64,000 bases of DNA from Polyangiaceae bacterium (GTDB taxonomy: Bacteria > Myxococcota_A > Polyangia > Polyangiales > Polyangiaceae): positions 32,001 to 96,000 of the forward strand of contig JBNKBE010000010.1 in the NCBI GenBank assembly GCA_050287085.1. Direction: 5' to 3'. The first letter of the stretch is position 1, and each line of letters opens with the position of its first letter. A program made the position numbers and the translations under genes. Positions 10,091 to 19,679 of the stretch are shown in pieces. Below the pieces are notes generated by a model, which was given only the letters and a program-made list of their open reading frames with translations, was not told where the DNA came from and made no database searches.

Positions 10091-10986
10091 TCAAGCACCC
10101 TATTCGCTTTGCACTCGCTCTGGCGTGTCTCTTGGTCAGCACGCCCGCGTTGGCGCAAGAGGCGTTGGACGTAACCCAAATCGTCAAGTTCATCCGTTGG
10201 GGCGGCATATTCCTTTCGCTCTTTGTGGTGCTTGGAACCATGCTGCTTCTCCGCGTCGTGCGTTCGCTCGCGACCGGATTGGGTAAACGCTTCTCAAGCT
10301 CGCGGCTGCTCATTCAGAAGCTGGAGTCGATAGCTCAATTCATTATCTACGTAGTGGCGTCGGTGATGGTTCTTGGCCTTAGCGTGCGGCTAGACAATAC
10401 GGCCCTGACGGTGATCGGCGGCGGCTTGGCGTTTTCCGTCGGCTTTGCGATGCGAGATCTGGTTGCGGCGTTCATCGCCGGAATTACGATCATGTTCGAT
10501 CGGCCGTTTCAGGTTGGAGATCGCGTTCAATACGCGGGTGAGTATGGGGACATCGTCAAGATTGGCCTTCGCTCAGTGCGGATGAACACGCTGGATCACA
10601 ACGTGGTGACGATCCCCAACAACAAGGTGCTGACCGATGTGACCTCATGCGGCAACTGGGGCGCGCTGGAAATGCAGGTCGCCATGAGCTTCTACATCGG
10701 AGTGGACCAAGATGTTGAACTTGCCTGTCGTCTGGTGGAAGAGGCCTGTCTAACCAGTCGCTTTTGCTATCTCGAGAACCCGGTGCCGGTGTTGGCAAAG
10801 CAGATCATTATCGAGCACTACTTGGCGTTCGAGTTGAAGGCTCGCCCCTATGTGTTGGACGTGAAGTTCGAGAAGGCCTTCGAGTCCGACGTGCACGTTA
10901 GGGTGCAGCGAGCGTTCGCAAAACATAGGATCTTGCCGCCGGCTATTCTGCACCGGAACCTAGGTCAGGATGGCGATGGGCATTGA
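10087..10986 (+). CDS. mscS: small-conductance mechanosensitive channel family protein
   Basis: GGGLAFSVGFA, IAGI.IMFDRPFQVGDRV, GDI..IGLRS, TIPN. ATG overlaps the upstream TGA. Confidence 0.92.
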   Translation: MIKHPIRFALALACLLVSTPALAQEALDVTQIVKFIRWGGIFLSLFVVLGTMLLLRVVRSLATGLGKRFSSSRLLIQKLESIAQFIIYVVASVMVLGLSVRLDNTALTVIGGGLAFSVGFAMRDLVAAFIAGITIMFDRPFQVGDRVQYAGEYGDIVKIGLRSVRMNTLDHNVVTIPNNKVLTDVTSCGNWGALEMQVAMSFYIGVDQDVELACRLVEEACLTSRFCYLENPVPVLAKQIIIEHYLAFELKARPYVLDVKFEKAFESDVHVRVQRAFAKHRILPPAILHRNLGQDGDGH

Positions 10987-11248
10987 GCCGCAGCTCGGGA
11001 CAGCCTAACAAGAACGCGCAGGATTGGCCTAAACCGAGCCACGGGAGGCGGTAGGAAAGGCCACTGACGGCGACAATTCACCCCGTAGCTTGCTGCGCTC
11101 GGCAAGCATCTGCTGTGCGTAGAGAGCGAAACGCGAGACCCCCAGGGGGTGAGGCTGCCCGATGCTGCCACTTTGGCGTTCTCTTGATCGGTTCTTTCTG
11201 CAATTGTTGGTCCCCGAGCCTTCTTGGGCTCGGTTCTGAGGACGAAGT

Positions 11249-12937
11249 ATGACTGAATTGAGTAGGCTGGGTGCGGCGTCGACGCTTCAGACGCGAGGGA
11301 TGCAGCGGTGGTCCGAGCAGGGGCGGTGGTTGAGTCGCATGATAGCGCTTGGCTGTCTTGCAGGGCCCCTACTCGCAGCCCAGCACGTCTCCGCTTCGAG
11401 CGCGGTTGTGGCAGAAGACGACAAGCCTCCCGCCCCTGCGGCAACGCCTCGATACGAACTCCGAGGGAACGTGCTCTACGCCAGAACCCTGGCGGGGGAG
11501 GTCGAAGTCGCGCTACCGGGGCCCGCCCTGGCGCTTGCCGTCGCCGGGGCGCGTGCCTACGTGGCGCTTGGCAGCTTGGGCGCAGCGATTGTCAGCCAGA
11601 ACGCGTCCGGTCAGGTTGCGGTTGAAAAGCGCATTCCCGTGTCGCACGGCACTGTCACCGGCTTCATGGTGAGCGGTGGCGACGTTTGGATGCAGGTGAG
11701 CAGCGAAAACGCAATCCTTCTGGGGTCAGATGGGGCGGAGACGGTTGCCGTGCCGCAGCCAGTGCCCGTCGTCACAGCTCCGGGTGCGCCCGTGCCGGCG
11801 GGGGGTGGCGCTCTGGACCCCAAGGCTGAAGGTCGGGCATCGAGCGTCTCGTCGATTGAGATCCAACGGATCTTCGGCGGGAAGGTTCTGCTCAATCGAG
11901 GGAGCGACGACGGTTTGGCAGTGGGTGAACGTCTGCGCGTGGTGCGCCATGAGGCCGGTGAGGATGCGGCTGGCCGCTTCGAAGCGGAGCGTGAGGTCGC
12001 GGTCTTGGTGGTTGAGTCTCTGGGACGACACGACGCGCGAGCGCGAATATGGAGGGGGGACGAGGTGACCGCCGGCGACCAAGTGCAGGTAGCGGATGAC
12101 AGAGCCGAGCCGAGCTTGCTCTACCCGCGACAACTTGCCGAATACGTCGAGATGGAGGCGAGCTTACGTCCGATCCTAAACGTTGGGGATTCCGGTTTTG
12201 GGTTGCTCTTCGACGGGAACGTTACGTACCAAGGCGAGCATCTGTTCCTGGGGGTTCGGAGTCAACCTCTTGGCTTTGGACGCACTCAGGAGAGTACTGT
12301 GTTCACCCAGACATTGTTGGCTGAAGGCGGCTACAACAGCCGTCCCTTTGCCATTGGCGTGGGTCTCGGATTTGCCTCGGTGTATGGCGATCTTCAGGAA
12401 CTCTTCGAGCTGACATCGCTTGATGCTCCTTCCACTCGGTCCGACGAATCCCCCTGGCAGGATGGGGATCCAGAACACTCTGAGTGGCGCCAAGACATGC
12501 AAAACGCCTTTGCTGTGGGGCAGAGGGTTCGTCTCGGGGCGAGCGATGGCCTGCACCTGAGTGTGGCCAACACGCTGCTTTACTTTGGAGGAGCTGACGG
12601 CCGCGGAAGCAGCGACGACCCTACTAGCGCAGGTTTCATCTGGGGGGGAACGGACGCTAGACTGACCATTCCACTGGCCCTTAACGCTGACCTCTTTCTT
12701 GAGGGAGGGGGCGGCGCTACAGGCTACGCGTATGGAGCGGTGGGTGTCTTCGGCTGGTTGAGCGGCAATGGCGGCGCGGGCTCCTTGGGGCTCTTCGCGT
12801 CGGCGGGTGGGGCGGGCGTGTGGAGCGCCCGCGAGCGCGATAACTACCGCTACAGCTATACCGAGTCTGAGGACATCGCGGTTGGGGGACCTATGATCTC
12901 GCTTGGCGTGCGGTACCGTATGGGCGTCTCTGACTGA
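11249..12937 (+). CDS. secreted hypothetical protein, probable C-terminal outer-membrane beta-barrel
   Basis: Signal-like N-terminus; mid segment VLLNRG..DGL.VG..L.V (FlgT C-terminal-like); C-terminal Gly/aromatic alternating strands. Start uncertain. Confidence 0.6.
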   Translation: MTELSRLGAASTLQTRGMQRWSEQGRWLSRMIALGCLAGPLLAAQHVSASSAVVAEDDKPPAPAATPRYELRGNVLYARTLAGEVEVALPGPALALAVAGARAYVALGSLGAAIVSQNASGQVAVEKRIPVSHGTVTGFMVSGGDVWMQVSSENAILLGSDGAETVAVPQPVPVVTAPGAPVPAGGGALDPKAEGRASSVSSIEIQRIFGGKVLLNRGSDDGLAVGERLRVVRHEAGEDAAGRFEAEREVAVLVVESLGRHDARARIWRGDEVTAGDQVQVADDRAEPSLLYPRQLAEYVEMEASLRPILNVGDSGFGLLFDGNVTYQGEHLFLGVRSQPLGFGRTQESTVFTQTLLAEGGYNSRPFAIGVGLGFASVYGDLQELFELTSLDAPSTRSDESPWQDGDPEHSEWRQDMQNAFAVGQRVRLGASDGLHLSVANTLLYFGGADGRGSSDDPTSAGFIWGGTDARLTIPLALNADLFLEGGGGATGYAYGAVGVFGWLSGNGGAGSLGLFASAGGAGVWSARERDNYRYSYTESEDIAVGGPMISLGVRYRMGVSD

Positions 12938-12966
12938 GAGCCCGCGCAGGGGAAAGTCGTCGCAGG

Positions 12967-13665
12967 TTAACTTACGGTATACTTTCGACCCCGGTATACG
13001 ATGGTCCTGCCCCTGGGCGCGGGTCCCGGCGCGCTTGCGTCGGGTGCCGGGATCGCCGAGGCGGAAAGGCTCGGCTCGGTCGGTTCGGAATGCCGGAGCG
13101 CTGCCATGTCGGGTGCACTCGTTCTGTCTCCTAGCCCGGAGTACGGGCTCCTGGCTGACAGGTCAGGCTGCGAAGCTCGTCCGGGGGCCTCCGGAAACGC
13201 GTAGTCTCGGACTGAGTCCGTGGGCAGGGTGCTTTGGGGCGGCCTCATGGTGGCTGATGCCCAACCCGAATCGCTATGGGGGGGGTACGAGGCGTGCCGT
13301 GGGCTTGCGGGGTGGGCCGACTCGACACCGTCCAGGGAGCGATGGATGCGCCGTGCGGCCAGGCGCAACCCGAGCCGCAGCGCGCGCACGTTGACGGTGT
13401 CGTCACCCAGGGCGACCAACCACCCCGCGCCACAGGGCGCGACGAATAGTCGATACGACTCAAAGCGGATGTTGCACAGTTGGATGTCTTCGCTTTCGTC
13501 GGCTAGGGCTTCCATGAGCGTCGCAATGCGGGGCGCCGCGTTGCGGAGCTCTTCGTGTCCGATGAAGCGAGGCACATCGGTGCCCAGCAGGTGTCCACCG
13601 GAATCCAGCACGAAGGCGCCCTGGATCCCCTCGACGTCTCGCAGTCCGGCCAAGCTATGGTTCAT
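12967..13665 (-). CDS. Roadblock/LC7 (MglB-like) domain protein with Pro/Ser-rich tail ending in YRGRK
   Basis: N-terminal L..L..VEGIQGAFVLD..G.L roadblock pattern; AGGAG RBS; starts 2 bp after the upstream stop. Confidence 0.7.
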   Translation of the reverse strand: MNHSLAGLRDVEGIQGAFVLDSGGHLLGTDVPRFIGHEELRNAAPRIATLMEALADESEDIQLCNIRFESYRLFVAPCGAGWLVALGDDTVNVRALRLGLRLAARRIHRSLDGVESAHPASPRHASYPPHSDSGWASATMRPPQSTLPTDSVRDYAFPEAPGRASQPDLSARSPYSGLGDRTSAPDMAALRHSEPTEPSLSASAIPAPDASAPGPAPRGRTIVYRGRKYTVS

Positions 13666-13667
13666 CC

Positions 13668-14423
13668 CTAGCGTCTCCTGAAGCGTTCAAGGGTATCGCG
13701 GACCTGTTGAGCTGAGCCGACCATGCCGAGCCAGGACCCGGTTGTTTCGCGGCGGATGACCAGTGTCTTGCCGCTTTCGTAGGACATGTCGAGCGCTCTC
13801 TCACTGCCCAAGCCCAGTTCTTCACCCAGAATGCGAGCCAGAGTGGTGACGTAGGACACGGTTTCTGCGAGTGCTTCTCGGCCGGGACCGTGCGCGGCCT
13901 TCAGTTGGCCTTCGCGCGAGACGCGTACGGCGCAGGGAACCCCCAGTGGGGGTGGTGGCCCGGGGACGTCCTCGTTGTCCAGGTCCTTCTCTCGGGCGCT
14001 GTGCGAGGTCTTCTCGTTGGTGGCCGGTCTAGACGTCGGGCGCGCGCTGACGCGATCGCTCTTCGCCTCGCGGCTTTCGTCCTCGGCGTGGGCTAGGCGG
14101 AGCAACACCGATTGCCATGGGGCGTTAATAGTACGCCGGCGCTCCTGCGCTGTTGAACAGGGACTGAAGCGCCCGTGACCCCAGCGCAGCATGCGCTCAA
14201 GCGCCACTTCACCTTCGAGTCCTGCCGTTTCCGCATGCACTAGGTTCCCGGCGGAGAACACGAGCAAACCGATGTCTCCCCCGGAACTCAGTTCGTAGGT
14301 GGCGTCCGCACGCGACATGCAGTGAAGCTGAATAAGGTCTGAAATGCTGGTGCCGCTGAGCTGGCCTGCGAAGCCAGATCTTGTCGGAAAGGGCGTAACG
14401 TTGTCGGCCATGACGGTTTTCAT
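13668..14423 (-). CDS. DUF4388 (PatA_N) domain protein with C-terminal roadblock/longin-like domain
   Basis: F.GQL...SISDLIQL, G.LVF..GNLVHA...LEGE.AL..ML.W..G.F. ATG 2 bp after the amt stop. Confidence 0.8.
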   Translation of the reverse strand: MKTVMADNVTPFPTRSGFAGQLSGTSISDLIQLHCMSRADATYELSSGGDIGLLVFSAGNLVHAETAGLEGEVALERMLRWGHGRFSPCSTAQERRRTINAPWQSVLLRLAHAEDESREAKSDRVSARPTSRPATNEKTSHSAREKDLDNEDVPGPPPPLGVPCAVRVSREGQLKAAHGPGREALAETVSYVTTLARILGEELGLGSERALDMSYESGKTLVIRRETTGSWLGMVGSAQQVRDTLERFRRR

Positions 14424-14425
14424 CT

Positions 14426-15818
14426 CTAAGCCTCGCAATCTTCAACCGGTGATGCGAAGGCGAGCTCGGTGGGATACGCTTCGAGCGCGTGTTCGCTGAG
14501 ATCTAGTCCTTCGAGCTCTTCCTCAGGTCCAACACGGAGCTTTCCGAGTGCGCTCATGCTTTGAAAAACCGCGCTGGACATTCCGAAGGACCAGGCAAAG
14601 CAGGCGACGACTCCGATCAGTTGGCTCGCGAGTTGGGCAGCGCTGAAGCCTGCGTGGTGAAAGAGGGCTACTGCCAACGTGCCCCAAGCGCCACTTACGC
14701 CGTGTACGCTGATAGCACCCACAGGGTCATCGACGCCCTTGCGCTCAAACGCAAGCACCGACGCGAGCACCAACACCCCCGCGATACCACCGATGGCGAC
14801 GGCACTCGGGGGGCGAACGTAGGCACACCCTGCAGTGATCGCGACCAGGCCGCCCAAGGCTCCGTTGATCGCGATGCCTAGATCAGGCTTGCCGTTGACG
14901 CGCCAGCTGGCGAGCGTGGCGCTGAGGGCGCCGGCGCAGGCCGCGAGATTGGTGTTGACCGCGATGAATGCCATCGCCTTTCCGGAGCCGCCAAAGAGGT
15001 TGTCGGCGCCGCCCGCGACGCTTGTTGTGCTTCCAGCGTTGAATCCAAACCAGCCCATCCACAGGATGAAACAGCCTGTCGTGGCCAATACGAGGGAGTG
15101 CCCTAGCATGGGGCGCGGTTCGCCTCGGGCGTCGAAGCGCCCGAGGCGGGGGACCCAGGAAAAGAGCCCCCGCGAGGGCGGCCCAGCCTCCGAGGCTGTG
15201 GACCACGGTGGAACCGGCGAAATCTAGAAAAGGAGGCAACTCCAGTCGGGCCAACAAGCCCCCGGCGGGCGCTTCGAGCCATCCGCCGCCTTCGAATAGG
15301 CCGCCCCAGGCCCACGCCCCGAAAACGGGGTAGATGGCCGCGGTCAGGACCAAGCTCGCTACCAGGTAGGCGACGAAGCGAGTTCGCTCTGCCATGGCGC
15401 CCGAGACAATAGTTGCTGCGGTGGCGCAGAACACGGTCTGAAAGAGGAAGAACGAGTAGGTTTCGACCTGGCTTTCGTAGCCGGAGAGAAGAAAGCCCGT
15501 GCTGCCAAAGAGACCATTGCTCTTGCCGAACATGAGCCCGAAGCCGACGATCCAAAACGCAAGAGAGCCGACGGAGAAGTCCATCAGGTTCTTCATCATG
15601 ATGTTGACCACGTTCTTGGCCCGAGTGAATCCGGCTTCGAGCAAGGCAAAGCCGGCCTGCATCCAGAACACCAAGATGGCTGCCATCACGGTCCAGAGCA
15701 TGTCGACGGCGTAGCCGCCCTGCTGACCCATGGGGGTGGACTCGGCGTCCGTGGCCGCATGGGCGCTTGCGGCGCTCAGGAGGCAGCCGAGTGCAAGCCC
15801 TGCCCAGGAGCTGGCCAT
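14426..15818 (-). pseudogene. amtB: ammonium transporter Amt, split by a +1 frameshift (possible sequencing error)
   Basis: N-half (MQAGF..LE.G, FQ..F, SGAMAER, DFAGS.VVH) and C-half (LW.GWFGFN, NG.LGGLVAIT, DDPV.A..VHG) are in different frames. Removing one base from the G5 run at 15148-15152 restores LGPRLGRF. Confidence 0.85.
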
Positions 15819-16175
15819 CGGTAGGCGTCGTTTGCGAAATACCCACGCAATAGCGCTCTTGAAGCGGTGGCCAGGGACGAAACCAGGAAGGGAAACGGGG
15901 GCGTGATGCACAGGAGTCTAGCTACTCATGTTCAGATTTCTCCTACGTTTCGCGAGTGTGGAGATCCTTCAACAGTCGTTTGTATTCGGTGATTTGTGCG
16001 CAAGCGAACGCACGGGCGCGCGCTCGCTTACAGGTTGCGAGCGAAAAAGCGAAAGGTCCGTATTGCGCAGGGCCGGATACTCGAATCCGCCGTATTGAGC
16101 GTAAGGGATCGCGGGCGGAGGCGTTTCCAGGGAAAGCGTGGGCCGCTCAGGCACGTCGATAACCGGGAGAATTTT

Positions 16176-18350
16176 ATGCGATTAGCACCCATTTTCATGG
16201 CCGCCCTCTTGATGCAGGGGGCCTGCAACGGCTGTGGAGGCGGTTTGGACCAGCGAGGGCAGGGTCCCCGCGCCGCGGGGCGTGAGGTGCCCCAGCGGAC
16301 CGACATGGATTCCACCCGTCCCGAGGGCTCGGTTATGACCCGGGCGCAGGTCGCAGCGCCAGATGCGAAAGCCTACGTTTTTCAGCCGCGGTCTCATGAG
16401 CCCCGCTACTTCGTGTCCGATCGGGGTCCGGCTCTGGCGGAACTGCCGGCCCTCCGAGAGCGCCGATGTGGCGACTATGCGCCGCATCGTTCCCTTCCGG
16501 GGCGTTATCCGGCAGCCCGCGGCTCCGGTTTCGGCTCGACCGGGGGCCCTGCGTCGAAGCCGGCCCCACGCCGCAAGAGTCCAGCCCCCGCAGTTGCCAT
16601 CGAGGGGGAGCGTTCGTCGCCCGCCGCTCCCCCCGAACACATGCCGGCCAAGTCCGCATCGAATGCGACCGCCAGCGATCGGGCCAGTGGGCAAGGAGCG
16701 CCTATGCCGAAACGGCGCCCGGCCGCCCCTCCCCCAGCGGAGCCTGGGCCGCAAGCGGAGCCCCCGCTGCAAGCTCATGAGGCACTTTCGCAAGCGAATC
16801 CCGGTCAGAGGCAAGGCGGTCCTTGGGACGATTCGGCGGCCGACTCACAAGTGGCCCCGCGCGATTCCGAGCGGGACGGCGATGCCTATCACGATTGGGG
16901 AGCCTCGATCTACTTGTCCAACGACGACACCATGAGTCTGAGTTCGGCGCAGCGAGTGATCGCCGCAATCGAGGGTTTCCTACCTTTGCCGGAGTCGCAC
17001 ATTCGTCCGCACGAGATGCTCAACTACTTCTCTTTTCGCGGCGCACCCATCGGGCCGGGCCGGGACTTCAGCGTCCTGCCCGAGTTGGTGGCTAAGCCGG
17101 GCGCGCCGGGGGAGTACACCCTGGGCCTATCGATCAGCGGGCGGTCGCTAGGGCGCGATAGCCGGAGAAATGCGGCACTGACACTAGTCGTGGATCGCTC
17201 AGGATCGATGGCAGACGAAGGACGTATGACCTACCTCAAGCGCGGTCTCTTGCGCATGACCCATGAACTCAAATACGGTGACATTGTTAACCTGACGCTA
17301 TTTGATAGTACCGTGTGCAATCCGATCGAGAATTTCGTGGTCGGTCGGGACGCACCTCGCGTGCTTCAGAGTGCCATCGAGCGTCTTGCGCCCCGCGGTT
17401 CGACTAACCTCGAAGCTGGTTTGCAGACTGGCTATCAGCTGGCGGACGCGAGTTATCAACCCAGCTACACCAATCGTGTGCTGCTGGTCACGGATGCATT
17501 GGCCAATACCGGGGTTACCAATGAGCACCTGATAAGCTTGATCTCGAAACGCTACGATGCTCGCCGCATTCGGCTAAGCGGGGTTGGAGTCGGCAAGGAC
17601 TTCAACGACTCGCTCTTGGACCGCCTGACTGAGCAAGGCAAGGGCGCCTACGTGTTTCTGGGGTCTGAGGCGGAGACAGATGCGATCTTTGGCGAGCGCT
17701 TCGTATCGCTGATCGAGACAGTTGCCAACGACGTACACTTTCGGCTGAACCTTCCTCCTTCGCTTCGAATGAACGTGTTCTATGGAGAGGAGAGCAGTGA
17801 TCGAAAGGAGGATGTGCAGGCAGTTCACTACTTTGCCGGCACGAACCAGATGTTCCTGAGCGATCTGGTAGCCCGGCGAGGCACGCTGCGAGAGCAGGAC
17901 GAGGTCATGTTGACCATTGACTACCACGATCCGGAAACGGATGAGCCCCTGGTAGAAGAGTACGCTTTTCGCATCGGCGAGGTCTTGGCCACCCATGAGA
18001 GTGAGGCAACGAATGTGCTCAAGGCTCGCCTGGTAACCAGCTTTGTGGACGGCCTGAGCGACCTGGCTCGGCGAACGCCATCCACCACAGCCTACCACGT
18101 TGGTGGTTGGCTGGACGACGGTGCCGTCGAACAGTGTGCGCGTGGCCGGCGCTCGCTTGCTGACCAGTCACGTCCGTTGGCAAGCGATATGGAAGTCGCC
18201 CACGTATTGGATCTCTGGGACACGTTCTGCAGCCGCTATGCGCAGGCGCGACCCCCGCGTCCGGTGCGCCCTTTGGCGGAGCCGGAGCGCAGGCCCTATC
18301 TCCGTCAGCAACCTTCCGGCGCGGATGTGTGGCCCGGCGCTCAGCGATGA
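16176..18350 (+). CDS. YfbK-like von Willebrand factor A domain lipoprotein
   Basis: GGGAGA RBS, Cys-containing signal, Pro-rich linker, IR.HEMLNYF, MIDAS DRSGS, GST, LVTD..AN.G. Confidence 0.8.
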   Translation: MRLAPIFMAALLMQGACNGCGGGLDQRGQGPRAAGREVPQRTDMDSTRPEGSVMTRAQVAAPDAKAYVFQPRSHEPRYFVSDRGPALAELPALRERRCGDYAPHRSLPGRYPAARGSGFGSTGGPASKPAPRRKSPAPAVAIEGERSSPAAPPEHMPAKSASNATASDRASGQGAPMPKRRPAAPPPAEPGPQAEPPLQAHEALSQANPGQRQGGPWDDSAADSQVAPRDSERDGDAYHDWGASIYLSNDDTMSLSSAQRVIAAIEGFLPLPESHIRPHEMLNYFSFRGAPIGPGRDFSVLPELVAKPGAPGEYTLGLSISGRSLGRDSRRNAALTLVVDRSGSMADEGRMTYLKRGLLRMTHELKYGDIVNLTLFDSTVCNPIENFVVGRDAPRVLQSAIERLAPRGSTNLEAGLQTGYQLADASYQPSYTNRVLLVTDALANTGVTNEHLISLISKRYDARRIRLSGVGVGKDFNDSLLDRLTEQGKGAYVFLGSEAETDAIFGERFVSLIETVANDVHFRLNLPPSLRMNVFYGEESSDRKEDVQAVHYFAGTNQMFLSDLVARRGTLREQDEVMLTIDYHDPETDEPLVEEYAFRIGEVLATHESEATNVLKARLVTSFVDGLSDLARRTPSTTAYHVGGWLDDGAVEQCARGRRSLADQSRPLASDMEVAHVLDLWDTFCSRYAQARPPRPVRPLAEPERRPYLRQQPSGADVWPGAQR

Positions 18351-18400
18351 CGGGAGCGACGGATCTGTCACCTTGACGCCGGACTCGGCGACGGCGCGGG

Positions 18401-19465
18401 TCAGAGCGAGGAAATGAACGCGCCGATCGCCGCTCCGGTAAACGGGGGAATACCGTGTGCACCCTCGTGGGCGCACCACACGATAGGAGCGCTGCAACCG
18501 GCGTGTTGGACGCAAGGTTCGGGGGCGAATGCGCTTGTATCGTCGGAGCACTCGTTGACTTTGACGTAGCGTGAGCGCGTGCTTTGACTAGAAGAGATCG
18601 GCTCCGCGTTGTCAGCCATGCCGTGGATCAACATCAAGGGGATGCGGCTGAGTTCGCAGCCCCCGTTCGGACCACCACCGGCGATGGAAATGACACCGCG
18701 CAGCACGTCAGCCGCGTTGCAGGCGAATTGGGTCGTGGCCCAGCCACCCCAACTGAAGCCAAAGGCAAACACGCGGTCCGCGTCGACGCAGTAGTTCTGG
18801 GTGACGTGCTCGTAGGCTGCGTATTCAAGACTGAAGTCATTGTTGTAGACTTCGTCGCCCCAAATGCCATTGACCCCATCCGGATAGATGTAGATGCCTT
18901 CAACGGCGTCTGCAACGCCCGCCCAGCTCTTGAACTTCTCACCGGTGTCGCCAGCGCCGTGGAAGGCGAACAGCAGGGGGTAGGCGCGATTCGGATCGTA
19001 GTCTTTGGGCAAATCCACGACAAATTGACGCGATACGCCATTGAGCTCGACGGTTTGATACCCAGGGGTGAGCGTATCAGGGGCAACGCCGCAGCCCGTG
19101 GAGCCGGCGTTTGGGGTTCCGCCGGTTTCTTCGTTGCTCGCGCCACCTTTTTCCGACGGACTGCCGCTATCGGCGACGGGCTCATCCGGGGTATTGCTCA
19201 CGCCCCCCTGGGTGTTGCCCGCCATCGTGCCGACAGGGGGCGGATCGGTGCCGCCGGTACCGCCGCTGGCGGCGTCCTGCCCGCCGCTCTCGCCGCCGGC
19301 TGTCACATCATCATCACCGGGTGCATTCGTCGCTGGGTCCTTGTCGCTGAGCTCTCCGGCGTCGGTGGCTTTCACCCCCGTCTCGGGGGTGCCTCGGCAC
19401 GCGCCCAGAAGGCTGCTCAGTGACAAGATGACCCCGTACTTCTTGGCGCTTTGTTTGCTCATCAT
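18401..19465 (-). CDS. secreted esterase (PHB depolymerase / CE1-like alpha/beta hydrolase) lipoprotein
   Basis: Lipobox LLGAC, YPLLFAFHG, CVD.DRVFA.GFSWGG nucleophile elbow, IHG.AD, C-terminal GAH. Confidence 0.8.
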   Translation of the reverse strand: MMSKQSAKKYGVILSLSSLLGACRGTPETGVKATDAGELSDKDPATNAPGDDDVTAGGESGGQDAASGGTGGTDPPPVGTMAGNTQGGVSNTPDEPVADSGSPSEKGGASNEETGGTPNAGSTGCGVAPDTLTPGYQTVELNGVSRQFVVDLPKDYDPNRAYPLLFAFHGAGDTGEKFKSWAGVADAVEGIYIYPDGVNGIWGDEVYNNDFSLEYAAYEHVTQNYCVDADRVFAFGFSWGGWATTQFACNAADVLRGVISIAGGGPNGGCELSRIPLMLIHGMADNAEPISSSQSTRSRYVKVNECSDDTSAFAPEPCVQHAGCSAPIVWCAHEGAHGIPPFTGAAIGAFISSL

Positions 19466-19679
19466 GCTGGGTTCCGGGGACGCGTATCGGGATGACTTCG
19501 TTCGGTGAATCTACGGTCGCTTCGGCATGAGTCTGAAGCATCGGGGCTAGCGCGCAAGTCCGAGACAACTCACACGCTAGACCTCGCGGGTTCCAAGGGC
19601 TTTTTCGGTGAGCGGTGGCTCTGGTGGGAGGCGACCCCGCCACGGGTGAGCGGCCGTGCCGCCTCGCGACCAAGAACCG

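Noticed and set aside
14426..15911. Two separate amt genes
   Set aside because: They are complementary halves of one gene joined by removing a single base.
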